Virus record (IMG/VR): IMGVR_UViG_3300025769_000078
DNA: 35,690 bases
From: an uncultured virus (IMG/VR IMGVR_UViG_3300025769_000078)
Taxonomy: Duplodnaviria > Heunggongvirae > Uroviricota > Caudoviricetes
Reading direction: 5' to 3' (one strand)
Shown here one piece after another: positions 26,246 through 35,274 of this stretch (position 1 is its first letter; each line of letters opens with the position of its first letter). A program made the translations under genes and the position numbers. Below the pieces are notes generated by a model. The model saw only the letters and a list, made by a program, of their open reading frames with translations. It was not told the DNA's origin and ran no database searches.

Positions 26246-26483
26246 CGCCTAACACCTTCTTTCTTGACATCTTCAAATCACCAAGAACCCAACGGAGTCC
26301 TCTGATAACTCCCTCCAATCCTTTGTACTTCCTCATGTGATACATCTTAGTCTTCTTGTCAGTTTTTCTTGTGATAGCCAAGAGATGCTTGTTCTGTTTT
26401 CGCTCAGCCTCATTGAGCATAGTCTCAATCTCTTCCCATGTTCTCTCGTAGGAGAAGTTCTCACTGTCTTGATGGTCGTTCAT
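26238..26483 (-). CDS. Hypothetical protein (81 aa)
   Basis: Coupled ORF within the operon. Confidence 0.6.
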   Translation of the reverse strand: MNDHQDSENFSYERTWEEIETMLNEAERKQNKHLLAITRKTDKKTKMYHMRKYKGLEGVIRGLRWVLGDLKMSRKKVLGDE

Positions 26484-26794
26484 TCAATCAACTCCGTCAA
26501 TCTTTTAATAGCCATAACCAACCAATCAAAAGAGGTATCTGCACCTGTATTACAAATGTCCTGTATGCCCTCACGCAACCGCTTGACTTCTGCTAAGAGA
26601 AGTGGTGCGTCGGCTATGAGTCGTGCGTCTGCTTCACTAAGCGATACTACTTCCCCATCATCATTTCTTCTTTCAATGAAGGCGTAGGGGTCATCATGTT
26701 TAGGTGTTATAACAACCCACCCCCGTTCATCATCACCATCAGCAATCCACGGTGCAGGTGTGACTCCTTCGTGTTTGTCTGTGTCAATCATCAT
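26480..26794 (-). CDS. Phage Ead/Ea22-like small protein
   Basis: 'TPAPW...ADARLIADAPLLLAEVKRLRE' motif, common in phage early proteins. Confidence 0.65.
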   Translation of the reverse strand: MMIDTDKHEGVTPAPWIADGDDERGWVVITPKHDDPYAFIERRNDDGEVVSLSEADARLIADAPLLLAEVKRLREGIQDICNTGADTSFDWLVMAIKRLTELIE

Positions 26795-27354
26795 TGTGCC
26801 ACCTCCTTCTTGTTCTCCATGATAGCGGAGACATCCATCATGGCTGTCTCTACCTCAGTGAACATAACATTGAGTAGTGTGTCTCCAGCACGAGTGCTGA
26901 TTGTTTCATCCATCAATTTGTCAATGGCTTTCTTGAGTGCTGGTGCATGTTTCTCTTCTTCGATGCTCCATTCAGAATCGTCAGTGAGCATCTTCGCTAT
27001 GTCGTCAATGGCATTTTCAACCACCACGCTGTAGTAGGCCGGGTCTGTATCTGTAGGCACGAAGTTGCGAATAGCCATAGCCAATAGACGAGCCATGACA
27101 TTCTTCTGTGGGAACTTGGCTGGCATCCGTTGCTGAACCTCAGCACACTTTCGATAGCCTCTACCATGTGTCTTACCACCTGTGTTTTCAAAGTCAGTCT
27201 CAATCAGCATGGCCGCACCAGTCTTCAAATCCATGACGTAGAGATGAGGGTCAGCGTAGTATTCCTCTTTGGAGTCACGCCTGTTCTTCTCTTGCTTGGT
27301 CAGTTCACTTGCAAACTTGCTTAATGCCTTACCTGTTCCATCAGTCCATTCCAT
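26791..27354 (-). CDS. Hypothetical protein (187 aa, start MEWTDG)
   Basis: ATG 21 nt after the TATA of promoter copy 4; AGGTGA upstream. Confidence 0.6.
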   Translation of the reverse strand: MEWTDGTGKALSKFASELTKQEKNRRDSKEEYYADPHLYVMDLKTGAAMLIETDFENTGGKTHGRGYRKCAEVQQRMPAKFPQKNVMARLLAMAIRNFVPTDTDPAYYSVVVENAIDDIAKMLTDDSEWSIEEEKHAPALKKAIDKLMDETISTRAGDTLLNVMFTEVETAMMDVSAIMENKKEVAQ

Positions 27355-27366
27355 GTTATCACCTTC

Positions 27367-27389
27367 TACTGTTGCTTTATATATCAACT
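27367..27389 (-). promoter_or_regulatory. Conserved viral promoter motif copy 4 (AGTTGATATATAAAGCAACAGTA)
   Basis: Overlaps the stop of the upstream ORF. Confidence 0.8.
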
Positions 27390-27907
27390 TCAAACAATCG
27401 TTTATCGAGAGCATTCTTTGTCCCGCCTTTCGTAATAGACCACTTGCGTTTCTTCGCCTGAGTTCTGAGTTCCCTCACCTTCCTCATGATGATGACCATT
27501 CGCTCTTCCAATCGCTTCTCAAATGCAACCATACGACTGTTCACTGTGGAGAGCAGTGTCTTCATTTTCTCCTCGTGCTCCTTTTGCATAGAAACAATGC
27601 TGGCTTTTAAGGTATTGAACTCGCTACTGTATTCCAGTGAGGCTTCATCAACCAACTTCTCGATAGCCTCTTTGACCAGTGCGTCAATTGTCTGTGTGAG
27701 TGTGTCCATCTTCTCATCCATGATGTCAAGTTTTGCAACCAACTCTTGTTTAGTCAATTCATCGTTGCTCGACATCACACGAATGTTCTGTAACTTTGAG
27801 TATGAATTTTCGTAGAGACAGTCGTGACAAATCTTTTGATTAGATTTCATCGACCTCTTTGTGAACGGGAGTTTACACTTCATACACTCAACACTGTAAG
27901 TCATCAA
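27377..27907 (-). CDS. Zn-finger plus coiled-coil protein
   Basis: CMKC...CHDC followed by long heptad-like helices. Confidence 0.65.
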   Translation of the reverse strand: MMTYSVECMKCKLPFTKRSMKSNQKICHDCLYENSYSKLQNIRVMSSNDELTKQELVAKLDIMDEKMDTLTQTIDALVKEAIEKLVDEASLEYSSEFNTLKASIVSMQKEHEEKMKTLLSTVNSRMVAFEKRLEERMVIIMRKVRELRTQAKKRKWSITKGGTKNALDKRLFEVDI

Positions 27908-28209
27908 GCATCCCTCCTGTAGTTCCTGACGTAGAGCATACCACCAGTTGAGCGTATGGTTTCCTCTATTGTGATTGGAGGATAACGAACTCCTTGATGT
28001 TGCACGTCAATTCGTGGTGGGTCGGGCGGAGGTGTGAGTTTTGCCTGTTGCTTCATAGCCTCGCAGTCCTCGCATTTTGGTAGAGACTTGGCGAACCTAT
28101 CACTCATACACCTGTCATGCCACGAGCCTATTCGTTCTTCACCACACAAGTAACCGTTACCATCTATGCTGGTGTGTAATACATTTGGTGTGTATTTCTT
28201 CTCATTCAT
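27904..28209 (-). CDS. Hypothetical protein with Cys motifs
   Basis: H...LCG...CEDC; AGGTGA SD. Confidence 0.55.
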   Translation of the reverse strand: MNEKKYTPNVLHTSIDGNGYLCGEERIGSWHDRCMSDRFAKSLPKCEDCEAMKQQAKLTPPPDPPRIDVQHQGVRYPPITIEETIRSTGGMLYVRNYRRDA

Positions 28210-28324
28210 CTTCAATCACCTTCATCAGTTCTTGTTGTATTGGTCTATGTTCAGGCATCCATATACCACCCAGCCAATACAGAAGTATCATCATCCCAAG
28301 TCCACATAATAGTTCAAACATCAT
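28202..28324 (-). CDS. 40-aa single-TM protein (MMFELLCGLGMMILLYWLGGIWMPEHRPIQQELMKVIEDE)
   Basis: Hand translation; GAGGTGA SD; ATGA overlap with the methyltransferase stop. Confidence 0.55.
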   Translation of the reverse strand: MMFELLCGLGMMILLYWLGGIWMPEHRPIQQELMKVIEDE

Positions 28325-29259
28325 TCTGTCACCTCTATGTGATTGAAGATGTGGGCTATCACATCAACAGTCCAACCGTTACCAATGGCCTTGTATCTAC
28401 GAGTGTTACTTACTCCTTCTGTGTAGCCATCAGGAAGAGTCTGTAGTCGCTCACACTCCAGTGGTGTGAGTTTCCTCCACGTCGTTTCGCTTGTTGCTAT
28501 CTTCGCTTCTCTGTGTCCACCCATGCTTGTAGTAAGCGTAGGACATTTACCATCGGGATGGTAGACTCGTTTGATAGATTCATGTTTGGAGTTGATGTCA
28601 GCATCGCCTACATGACACAAGCCACTGTCGCTGAACACCAACTGTCGTCTGTGTTTCTCAAAGTAGGATTTCAAGTTGCCACCCTTGTAGTAGTTAGCAT
28701 CTAAGCAATACGACTTGTCTCTGTCCACATACCCATCAATCTCCAGTATGTCTTTCAGCACAATGCCTTTGTCTTCAGGCTGTGTGATGTTCGGTATGTT
28801 CGTCCAGTAGAGTCTGACTCTGTTCTGTGCTGATACGAGACTTGAGTTTATCATGACAGGCTCTACACCGAGTATGGCACTTATGGCATCTTGAATGTCC
28901 TTCCGCATCCTCACATTCTCCAGTAAGAAATACTTCGGCTTGTAGTGCTTCACGACATCTACGAAGTCAAAGAATAGACGACTACGAGGGTCATCGAAGT
29001 TGAGTCTGTGTCCAGCGAAGGAGAAGCCTTGACATGGCGAGCCACCCATAATCAAATCGACATCCTCTAAATCCCAGTCACGCCAGTTGAGAATATCACC
29101 TAAGCGTATGTTGTCAGGGTAGTTCTTGTCAGCAATCTGAATAGCATACTTGTCTACCTCAGACGAGTAGTAGTTATCGAACTCAATACCTGCTCGCTCC
29201 AAAGCCAGTCGGCCACATGCTATACCATCAAACAATCCTACTACGTTTCTTATCTTCAT
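28321..29259 (-). CDS. dcm: C5-cytosine DNA methyltransferase
   Basis: Motif I LFDGIACG, IV GGSPCQGFS, VI ENV, VIII QNRVR, IX ECERLQ, X GNGW. Confidence 0.95.
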   Translation of the reverse strand: MKIRNVVGLFDGIACGRLALERAGIEFDNYYSSEVDKYAIQIADKNYPDNIRLGDILNWRDWDLEDVDLIMGGSPCQGFSFAGHRLNFDDPRSRLFFDFVDVVKHYKPKYFLLENVRMRKDIQDAISAILGVEPVMINSSLVSAQNRVRLYWTNIPNITQPEDKGIVLKDILEIDGYVDRDKSYCLDANYYKGGNLKSYFEKHRRQLVFSDSGLCHVGDADINSKHESIKRVYHPDGKCPTLTTSMGGHREAKIATSETTWRKLTPLECERLQTLPDGYTEGVSNTRRYKAIGNGWTVDVIAHIFNHIEVTE

Positions 29260-29432
29260 CCAAACACCACCTCTTGTATCTCTATGAGTATTTGCATCTG
29301 AGTCTTTTTATCCAAGTCTTCCATCTGTGCGAATATCGCTGACTTGACAAAGACAGGACAACTGTGGTCGTTCTCTCCTTCGCCATCCAGCCATAGACAA
29401 TCTTCTCTTTCGCAACTACATTTCATTTTCAT
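29256..29432 (-). CDS. Small Cys-containing hypothetical protein
   Basis: GGAGG SD; ATGA overlap. Confidence 0.5.
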   Translation of the reverse strand: MKMKCSCEREDCLWLDGEGENDHSCPVFVKSAIFAQMEDLDKKTQMQILIEIQEVVFG

Positions 29433-29584
29433 TCCTCCGTATGTGCGTGACAAAATTCACACGATGTTGGGATGTTTCGCTTCGTCGTCTTCAATGCTGT
29501 GCAGTATCTACACTCCCAAAGACGATGGCCTAACCTCGTAGGAGAGCGATGAATTTCACGCCACACTTGGTTAATCCTATTCAC
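29429..29584 (-). CDS. Small zinc-ribbon protein (CRYC...CEFC)
   Basis: GTGA overlap start with GGAGGTGA SD. Confidence 0.5.
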   Translation of the reverse strand: MNRINQVWREIHRSPTRLGHRLWECRYCTALKTTKRNIPTSCEFCHAHTEE

Positions 29585-30108
29585 GCTGTCACCTCCAGTG
29601 TAGGTTCGACCCACCACTTAGGAGCACCAGTAGGTGACCTGTCCCATCGTGGAGGGCCATTGGAGAATCGCTTGCTGTGGTAGTATGCTCGATAAGCAGT
29701 GACTGCATTCTCATGCTTGTATTCATCAGGCATGGCCTGAGCGAATGGTGTGAGTTCACCTTCGGGAATCATGTGAGACATCTCAGCCAAGTGGCGAATG
29801 CCCTTCTCACAGAAGTGAGTCTTACCAAAGCGTCGAGTGTATTCTTCGCACAGTGCGATAGCATGACGAGAAGCCCACTCAAAGTTGGCTCGTGAATCAC
29901 CACACCATACAGTGCATGGGTGACGATGGTAACCACCCTTGAGTGGTGTTCCCTTCTTTGTCAGTGGCATTTGCTCAGGTGTAGCACCATGACGAATGAC
30001 AGCACTACCCATCTGTTGGAGTAGTTCGACGCACATCTTGGGAACGTGCTTGTCGCAATACATCATGGCCGCTATGACCGCTTGAAAGTGTAAGATGAAT
30101 ATGTTCAT
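29581..30108 (-). CDS. Pyrimidine-dimer DNA glycosylase (DenV/endonuclease V-like)
   Basis: 'MNIFIL...CDKHVPKMCVELLQ...HRHPCTVW...EYTRRFGKTH...QAMPDEYK...AYRAYY' family signature. Confidence 0.8.
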   Translation of the reverse strand: MNIFILHFQAVIAAMMYCDKHVPKMCVELLQQMGSAVIRHGATPEQMPLTKKGTPLKGGYHRHPCTVWCGDSRANFEWASRHAIALCEEYTRRFGKTHFCEKGIRHLAEMSHMIPEGELTPFAQAMPDEYKHENAVTAYRAYYHSKRFSNGPPRWDRSPTGAPKWWVEPTLEVTA

Positions 30109-30332
30109 TTTGATTTCTCCTTGTATTCTGTGTGTGTCTTTGGTAACTTGTGTGTTCGTCTACTGCACATGTTGTCCAGTAAAGCACAAACATTGGCTAC
30201 ACCAGTAGTCCAACGCTTCTTTGTCACTTCATCATTGACCATCGCTTGTTCTAATTCTCTGATGTCGATGTTGTCACGAAGCCAACTGATGACCTCAAAC
30301 TCGACATGGCTAACACTCCCTGCTCTTTCCAT
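30105..30332 (-). CDS. Hypothetical protein (75 aa)
   Basis: ATG 20 nt after the TATA of promoter copy 5. Confidence 0.6.
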   Translation of the reverse strand: MERAGSVSHVEFEVISWLRDNIDIRELEQAMVNDEVTKKRWTTGVANVCALLDNMCSRRTHKLPKTHTEYKEKSK

Positions 30333-30343
30333 AGAGAGTAGTA

Positions 30344-30366
30344 TACTATTCCTTTATATATCAACA
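30344..30366 (-). promoter_or_regulatory. Conserved viral promoter motif copy 5 (TGTTGATATATAAAGGAATAGTA)
   Basis: Intergenic; 22/23 identical to copy 3. Confidence 0.8.
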
Positions 30367-30627
30367 TCAAGAGTCGTCTTTTCTCTCCTTCTGTTCTTCG
30401 TCAGCCTTCGCACTTTCGATGGCTTCTATGAGACGTGGTAGCATCTCAGTTGCCTGTTCTATAGACAAGCGAACTCCATGTCTTGTGTGTTGTTTACCAT
30501 CACGAAGTATACGCAAGTCAATCCAATCCTTGCCATAGAAACTAACATGTGCAAGCCTGACATCTCCTCGACCATCCTTCCACTTCGCCTCAAGGCTACT
30601 CGATTGCCATACAGTCTTCTCAGTCAT
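30367..30627 (-). CDS. PC4/p15-like ssDNA-binding protein
   Basis: 'VSFYGKDWIDLR...TRHGVRLSIEQ' matches the PC4 FxGxxxxDxR...KGxxL pattern. Confidence 0.75.
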   Translation of the reverse strand: MTEKTVWQSSSLEAKWKDGRGDVRLAHVSFYGKDWIDLRILRDGKQHTRHGVRLSIEQATEMLPRLIEAIESAKADEEQKERKDDS

Positions 30628-30629
30628 GT

Positions 30630-30809
30630 CTACTCCTCCTCAAGAACCATGTCGGCACGAACCCAATGCTTGTGTAAATCCCTCGCTGACCATCTTTGGA
30701 CTCCGACAGTATCGTCCAAATACTCCAGTTCAAAGACACCAACGAGAGGTTCTGCTATGATGCGAGCACGATGACCTACATGTTTGTTAATCCATACACT
30801 ACCAATCAT
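30630..30809 (-). CDS. 59-aa hypothetical protein (MIGSVWINKHVGHRARII...)
   Basis: Hand translation; ATGA overlap upstream; fills the gap. Confidence 0.55.
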   Translation of the reverse strand: MIGSVWINKHVGHRARIIAEPLVGVFELEYLDDTVGVQRWSARDLHKHWVRADMVLEEE

Positions 30810-31534
30810 TCTTCCTCATCCTCCTCTGCCTCAACCTTCATGCAACAAGTTCCCCACATCCACGGAGGCACTTTGTCACCAGTGATAGGACAAGTAGAGC
30901 CTACAAGTATTCCACTATGACTACCGAATGCCTCAGCCATTTCAAACATCTGTTGTCGAGTCATGGCTACCATGTAGTGGTCGGAGTTCTCGTGTAGTAT
31001 GCGGTAACGCATGAACAAGGCATCGCCAGCGAGTAGGTTGTAGTCATCAGGATTCATCGTGATGGTTTCTACGAACTTGTTGTGAACGTAAGGAACAACA
31101 ACACCCCAGTCTTCGACTGTATGTGTGTCTCCGTTATCAAGCAACACTTCTCTGTCACCGAGATACTTTGGGTATGCATCTTCAAGTGGGAGTTCGGATA
31201 GTGGTGTGCCTTCAGGAGTTGTCCACGAGGCCGCAACCGCTTGTCGCTCTTGCATCTCTTGCCTGAATGCTTCTTCTGCTGATAAAGCAACATTGGTGAC
31301 CAAAGGATTGTCGTCAATCATGTCGATGTTCACTGATGCAAACAGCCCAGTGATACGCTCATGGTGTGCCTCTGAGTCAGGATGGTCTACCCTATGCTCA
31401 AGTTGCAGTGTTGTCTCGTCTATCTTGCGATAGCGACACCCAGTTCCTTCAGGTCGCCACACTGCTTTCTCAGCCATTTGATTGAAGTGTTCAAGCGCCC
31501 ATACTTTCAGTTCAGGTTCGTATTCTTCTGTCAT
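30806..31534 (-). CDS. Acidic hypothetical protein (242 aa)
   Basis: Long ORF within the operon. Confidence 0.7.
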   Translation of the reverse strand: MTEEYEPELKVWALEHFNQMAEKAVWRPEGTGCRYRKIDETTLQLEHRVDHPDSEAHHERITGLFASVNIDMIDDNPLVTNVALSAEEAFRQEMQERQAVAASWTTPEGTPLSELPLEDAYPKYLGDREVLLDNGDTHTVEDWGVVVPYVHNKFVETITMNPDDYNLLAGDALFMRYRILHENSDHYMVAMTRQQMFEMAEAFGSHSGILVGSTCPITGDKVPPWMWGTCCMKVEAEEDEEE

Positions 31535-31538
31535 GTTA

Positions 31539-31859
31539 TCACGTCCATATGTTCAGGTTAATCTTCTGATTCTCATAGAGGAGGAGTTTGTCACAGCATC
31601 GCACGACCAAGTAGTGGTGGCTCTCCATGATGAGAACCATGCCTTGCTTGAGGTCATGACCGCATTCAGGACACACTTCGTATATCCCTTCGCTTGACAG
31701 TATGACACCTAAGACCCACTCCTCACCTCTCCCATCAGGGAGTTGTAATTGAACATGTCGGAGGTCACACTTGTGACCATCGGGTAATATCCACATACCA
31801 TCAGGAGTGATGGCTGAGGGTTTCAACTGAGCATGTTTGTATTTGTTCTTGTCTTCCAT
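31539..31859 (-). CDS. Zinc-ribbon hypothetical protein
   Basis: CPECG...CC. Confidence 0.6.
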   Translation of the reverse strand: MEDKNKYKHAQLKPSAITPDGMWILPDGHKCDLRHVQLQLPDGRGEEWVLGVILSSEGIYEVCPECGHDLKQGMVLIMESHHYLVVRCCDKLLLYENQKINLNIWT

Positions 31860-33403
31860 CAGTCGCTCGCCTCATTTTCAGGTGGGGCTTGTGAGACTGA
31901 GTAAGGTGGCGCTCGCTCAAAGTTGGCTCTGTGCTCATCGAGAACAGTCCTTGAAGCGTGTCGCCACATGTTGATGACCTCTTGAGGACTGAGATAGTCT
32001 TCAGGGTCTACACGACCATGCATGGTAATCTCAATGACGCTGGAACGGATAGACCATTTACCGTCATCGTTCTTGTCAAGACCTTGATGTGTCCGAGCCT
32101 TGTAGTGACCGCCGTTGTCAATGTGAGCCTGAGCAACAGCACTCATGAAGTCGATACACTGTTGCTTGGTAGAGAAGCGGAGGTTACTCATGATGGAACT
32201 CGCACCCCAATCATTAGGCTCTTGACGACCAACAAGGAAGTCTTTGATTTCATCAACAGGCTTCCAAACGAAGTCAGCAATCTCGTGACCGTAGGAGCGA
32301 CGAGAACGAACCTTGCAGTATTTCCAGCCGTTCTCAACGTCGCCTTCCTTACGGTTCTTACTGCTGGTGTTCTTGACATAGGCACTCATCTCAGCGAGCC
32401 AGCCCCAGTCAGACCATCGGTGCTTGGAGTTCTTACCACGACCAGCCTTAGAGACAATGTTGTCGTTACGCTTGAGCATACGAGCCAACGACTCACGAAT
32501 GTCAGCAATGACTTGTGATTCAGGCACAGCCTGAGACAAACCACGGCGCATCTCATCCCATGCAACCACGTTGTTGGCAACCATATGATGGACACTTATA
32601 TTCCACTGGTTGTAGTTCCAACCACTTTGACATGGGCCACGTCGCCAAGCAGTCACGAAGTCACCCTCGCCCTCACCGTTACGAATCATAGACCAAATCC
32701 GAGTGGTCGGTCTGTTGTGATGTCGGCACTGCTTGTCTTCATCGGCCCATGCACACTCACCGTATGTTCGACTGGTGTTCTTGATGATGCTTGAGTTGTT
32801 CCAATCAGGTTTGATAACGATACCACCAAAGAAGTCTTGGTAGGCATCAACGAGTTCATCGAAGAACGAGTCTTCCATGAGACGATGATGTCGTATGTCG
32901 AGTTGCTCCGATGCACGAATCACTGCATACTTCTGATGAAGTGCATCGACATCATGACCCAACTCAGTGAGTTTGTCTTTGTTGTCATTAAGCCAATCAC
33001 CGAGCAAACCTGAACCCCAGTTGGTATTGATGTAAAATTCCCCATCAACAGTAAGAGGGGCGGCGAGAGTGTGGTTGTAACCCATGACCTCATCATGACC
33101 ACATGAAGCGACCTTTGGTGTAGGCACTTCGCCAAACCCAACTTTACCTGTCATCATGACAGAAGCCGCACGAGTGTGGGTATTCACCATCTCGCTCCAT
33201 GTCAGACTGGCATCAGGGCCAGCCTTCATCAGTGTGTAAGCAACTGCCGCATCCATAGGCCAGCACTTGCCAATTGCATTCTTTGTTCGACCAACAGCGT
33301 GGTCTACGATAATCGCTTCCTCGCTGAAGTCTACACTGTTCTCCACGATACCTGCTTGCAGATATGTGTTCCACGTTTGCCATCCTTTCCATTCTCCACT
33401 CAT
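31859..33403 (-). CDS. Hypothetical protein (514 aa, Trp-rich)
   Basis: Long coupled ORF; no recognised motif. Confidence 0.75.
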   Translation of the reverse strand: MSGEWKGWQTWNTYLQAGIVENSVDFSEEAIIVDHAVGRTKNAIGKCWPMDAAVAYTLMKAGPDASLTWSEMVNTHTRAASVMMTGKVGFGEVPTPKVASCGHDEVMGYNHTLAAPLTVDGEFYINTNWGSGLLGDWLNDNKDKLTELGHDVDALHQKYAVIRASEQLDIRHHRLMEDSFFDELVDAYQDFFGGIVIKPDWNNSSIIKNTSRTYGECAWADEDKQCRHHNRPTTRIWSMIRNGEGEGDFVTAWRRGPCQSGWNYNQWNISVHHMVANNVVAWDEMRRGLSQAVPESQVIADIRESLARMLKRNDNIVSKAGRGKNSKHRWSDWGWLAEMSAYVKNTSSKNRKEGDVENGWKYCKVRSRRSYGHEIADFVWKPVDEIKDFLVGRQEPNDWGASSIMSNLRFSTKQQCIDFMSAVAQAHIDNGGHYKARTHQGLDKNDDGKWSIRSSVIEITMHGRVDPEDYLSPQEVINMWRHASRTVLDEHRANFERAPPYSVSQAPPENEASD

Positions 33404-34002
33404 ACTATCAACTCCTCAATCTTGTTTGTTTTCTCCAATGTCACTGTTGTGACTGGAATCTGAACTTTAGGGATGGTCTTGCATCCCTTCTGAATCACTT
33501 TGTCGGCTTGGAATACCATGCTCAAATCAGTGTCAGGCATGTATTCACTGCTTGTCCAAAGGTGTAATCGGTTGAAGACAGGTGCTACCGAAGGCTTGAC
33601 TGAGCATAGAACTACATCCCAGTTCTTACGCTTTGAATCAATTGCATCCATAGCATTCGTCAAGTAGTGCAAGTAATTGCTCTTGCTGTCATCCTTGAAA
33701 GTAGTGCTCACAGTCTTTGTGCCATCGAGTTTGTATACGGTTTTGACACCGTTGCTTGCTCGACGGTAGTTCTGTAGCATGAGGATAACACCAGTGTTGT
33801 TGTGCTTGTAGCCCAAAAACACGCTGTTCACATCTTCAGGGTCGTCTTTACCCTCATAGTAGAGCCTGTCGTTGCCCCATCCATAGTGGTCACTGTTGTA
33901 ACTGTAGGCAAATTTGCTCACCAGTTGTTCATTCGTATATTCAGTAGGGGTAGGAATACCGCTACGTCCAATTATGCTTACATCATCGTTTGTCATGTTC
34001 AT
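33400..34002 (-). CDS. Hypothetical protein (~200 aa)
   Basis: AGGAG SD; the track's TTG start lies inside promoter copy 6. Confidence 0.65.
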   Translation of the reverse strand: MNMTNDDVSIIGRSGIPTPTEYTNEQLVSKFAYSYNSDHYGWGNDRLYYEGKDDPEDVNSVFLGYKHNNTGVILMLQNYRRASNGVKTVYKLDGTKTVSTTFKDDSKSNYLHYLTNAMDAIDSKRKNWDVVLCSVKPSVAPVFNRLHLWTSSEYMPDTDLSMVFQADKVIQKGCKTIPKVQIPVTTVTLEKTNKIEELIV

Positions 34003-34026
34003 CATTCTCCTTGTGTTTCTTTTCTT

Positions 34027-34049
34027 TACTGTTGCTTTATATATCAACT
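34027..34049 (-). promoter_or_regulatory. Conserved viral promoter motif copy 6 (AGTTGATATATAAAGCAACAGTA)
   Basis: Identical to copy 4; intergenic. Confidence 0.8.
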
Positions 34050-34057
34050 ATCTCCAA

Positions 34058-34357
34058 TCACCGACTGTCTCTGTAGTCTCGCATGAGGTCGTCCATGTCA
34101 TGGCGATGTCCGATGCATTCTCCGCACCACTCATCTCCGTTTCCATTGTCATACAGTTGCTCGACTGCCTGTTCACATGCACTACAGCATGGACATTCAG
34201 GGCAACGGGAGTATTCATGTGTATCATACAGGTCATCACACAGTTGGCATGACCTGAACTCGTAACGCTCTTTCACGTTATGGATAATACGTTGAAGGTT
34301 TTCGACCTTGTTCGCTAAGTGTTCGATTCTTTTGTTCTTGCTTTCGCTCATGTTCAT
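34058..34357 (-). CDS. Cys-rich zinc-binding protein with N-terminal coiled coil
   Basis: CQLC...CPECPCCSAC...CGEC. Confidence 0.6.
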   Translation of the reverse strand: MNMSESKNKRIEHLANKVENLQRIIHNVKERYEFRSCQLCDDLYDTHEYSRCPECPCCSACEQAVEQLYDNGNGDEWCGECIGHRHDMDDLMRDYRDSR

Positions 34358-34385
34358 TCACTCTCCTTTAGTGACTATCATCGTC

Positions 34386-35063
34386 TCATGCGAGGGACAC
34401 GTCATCTCCTACGTCAGCGCCCATCATCACATCGAGGAACGATGGGACTTCTCCTTCTACGCCTAAGTCCGTCAGCATCTCCTTGACGATTTCATCGAAC
34501 TGATTCATCTCATCAAAGGATAGCGCTAACGCTGGTGGGAAGAGTTGTGACAAATCCCATTCATGTTCTTCCGCATGTGCATTAGCATAAGCAACATACT
34601 CAGGTGTTGTCTTTGTTGAAGCAGTGAGCATTGGCTTGAATCCTCTGATGTGTAGGAACGTCTGTGCTGGGTCAGCGTTAATCCCCATCTCCATACAGTT
34701 GAGTGCGTCAATAGATACGTTGAATGTCTTTGCCAGTTCTTGATACAACATCTCCCATGCCACACCATCAACGATGTTGCAGTGTGATGCTAAGTGTTGA
34801 TGGTATGTCATCCATGTCAGGTGTGTGCTGGCAGTGTCTTGTGCTCGACACGAAGAATCGGATAGTGCTTTCTTGCGTAGCGCTAAGTAATCACTTACTG
34901 ACTCAGGCAACGGAAGCAAGAAACCTTTGTCACCGATGTCCTCTTGGATAGATGGAAGGGCTTTGCTTGTCTTACCCCCACCACTCTTGAATACAATCTT
35001 CGATAGGCTGAACATAAGTTGCCCTCTCATGTCTGTGTAAATCTGTGGCTTCGTCATGTTCAC
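34386..35063 (-). CDS. Hypothetical protein (225 aa)
   Basis: GAGGAG SD; long ORF. Confidence 0.65.
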   Translation of the reverse strand: MNMTKPQIYTDMRGQLMFSLSKIVFKSGGGKTSKALPSIQEDIGDKGFLLPLPESVSDYLALRKKALSDSSCRAQDTASTHLTWMTYHQHLASHCNIVDGVAWEMLYQELAKTFNVSIDALNCMEMGINADPAQTFLHIRGFKPMLTASTKTTPEYVAYANAHAEEHEWDLSQLFPPALALSFDEMNQFDEIVKEMLTDLGVEGEVPSFLDVMMGADVGDDVSLA

Positions 35064-35272
35064 TCCTCCTCTCTGTTTCCTATTTCAACAATCCATTCAC
35101 GTTGCTGTGAGCAGTCGGCATGGTATCTCTTTTCGTATTGAACATAGAAGTGAAAAGCCGTTTGCCAACCACAGGTTTCAACCATCATCTCTACTGATTG
35201 ACGGTCATACTCTTCTACACCTGATGCTACAAAGGTAGCGAGTCTTGTCATGCTATCGTAACTCCATGTCAT
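35060..35272 (-). CDS. Hypothetical protein (70 aa)
   Basis: GAGGTGA SD. Confidence 0.55.
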   Translation of the reverse strand: MTWSYDSMTRLATFVASGVEEYDRQSVEMMVETCGWQTAFHFYVQYEKRYHADCSQQREWIVEIGNREEE

Positions 35273-35274
35273 GT

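Noticed and set aside
31958..32518. 186-aa + strand ORF and other antisense ORFs in the track
   Set aside because: Shadows of longer coupled genes; no SD or recognisable motifs
13247..34049. The six 23-bp repeats as CRISPR repeats or mobile-element ends
   Set aside because: They are kilobases apart, co-oriented, TATA-centred and at a consistent distance from gene starts; no transposase or integrase is present
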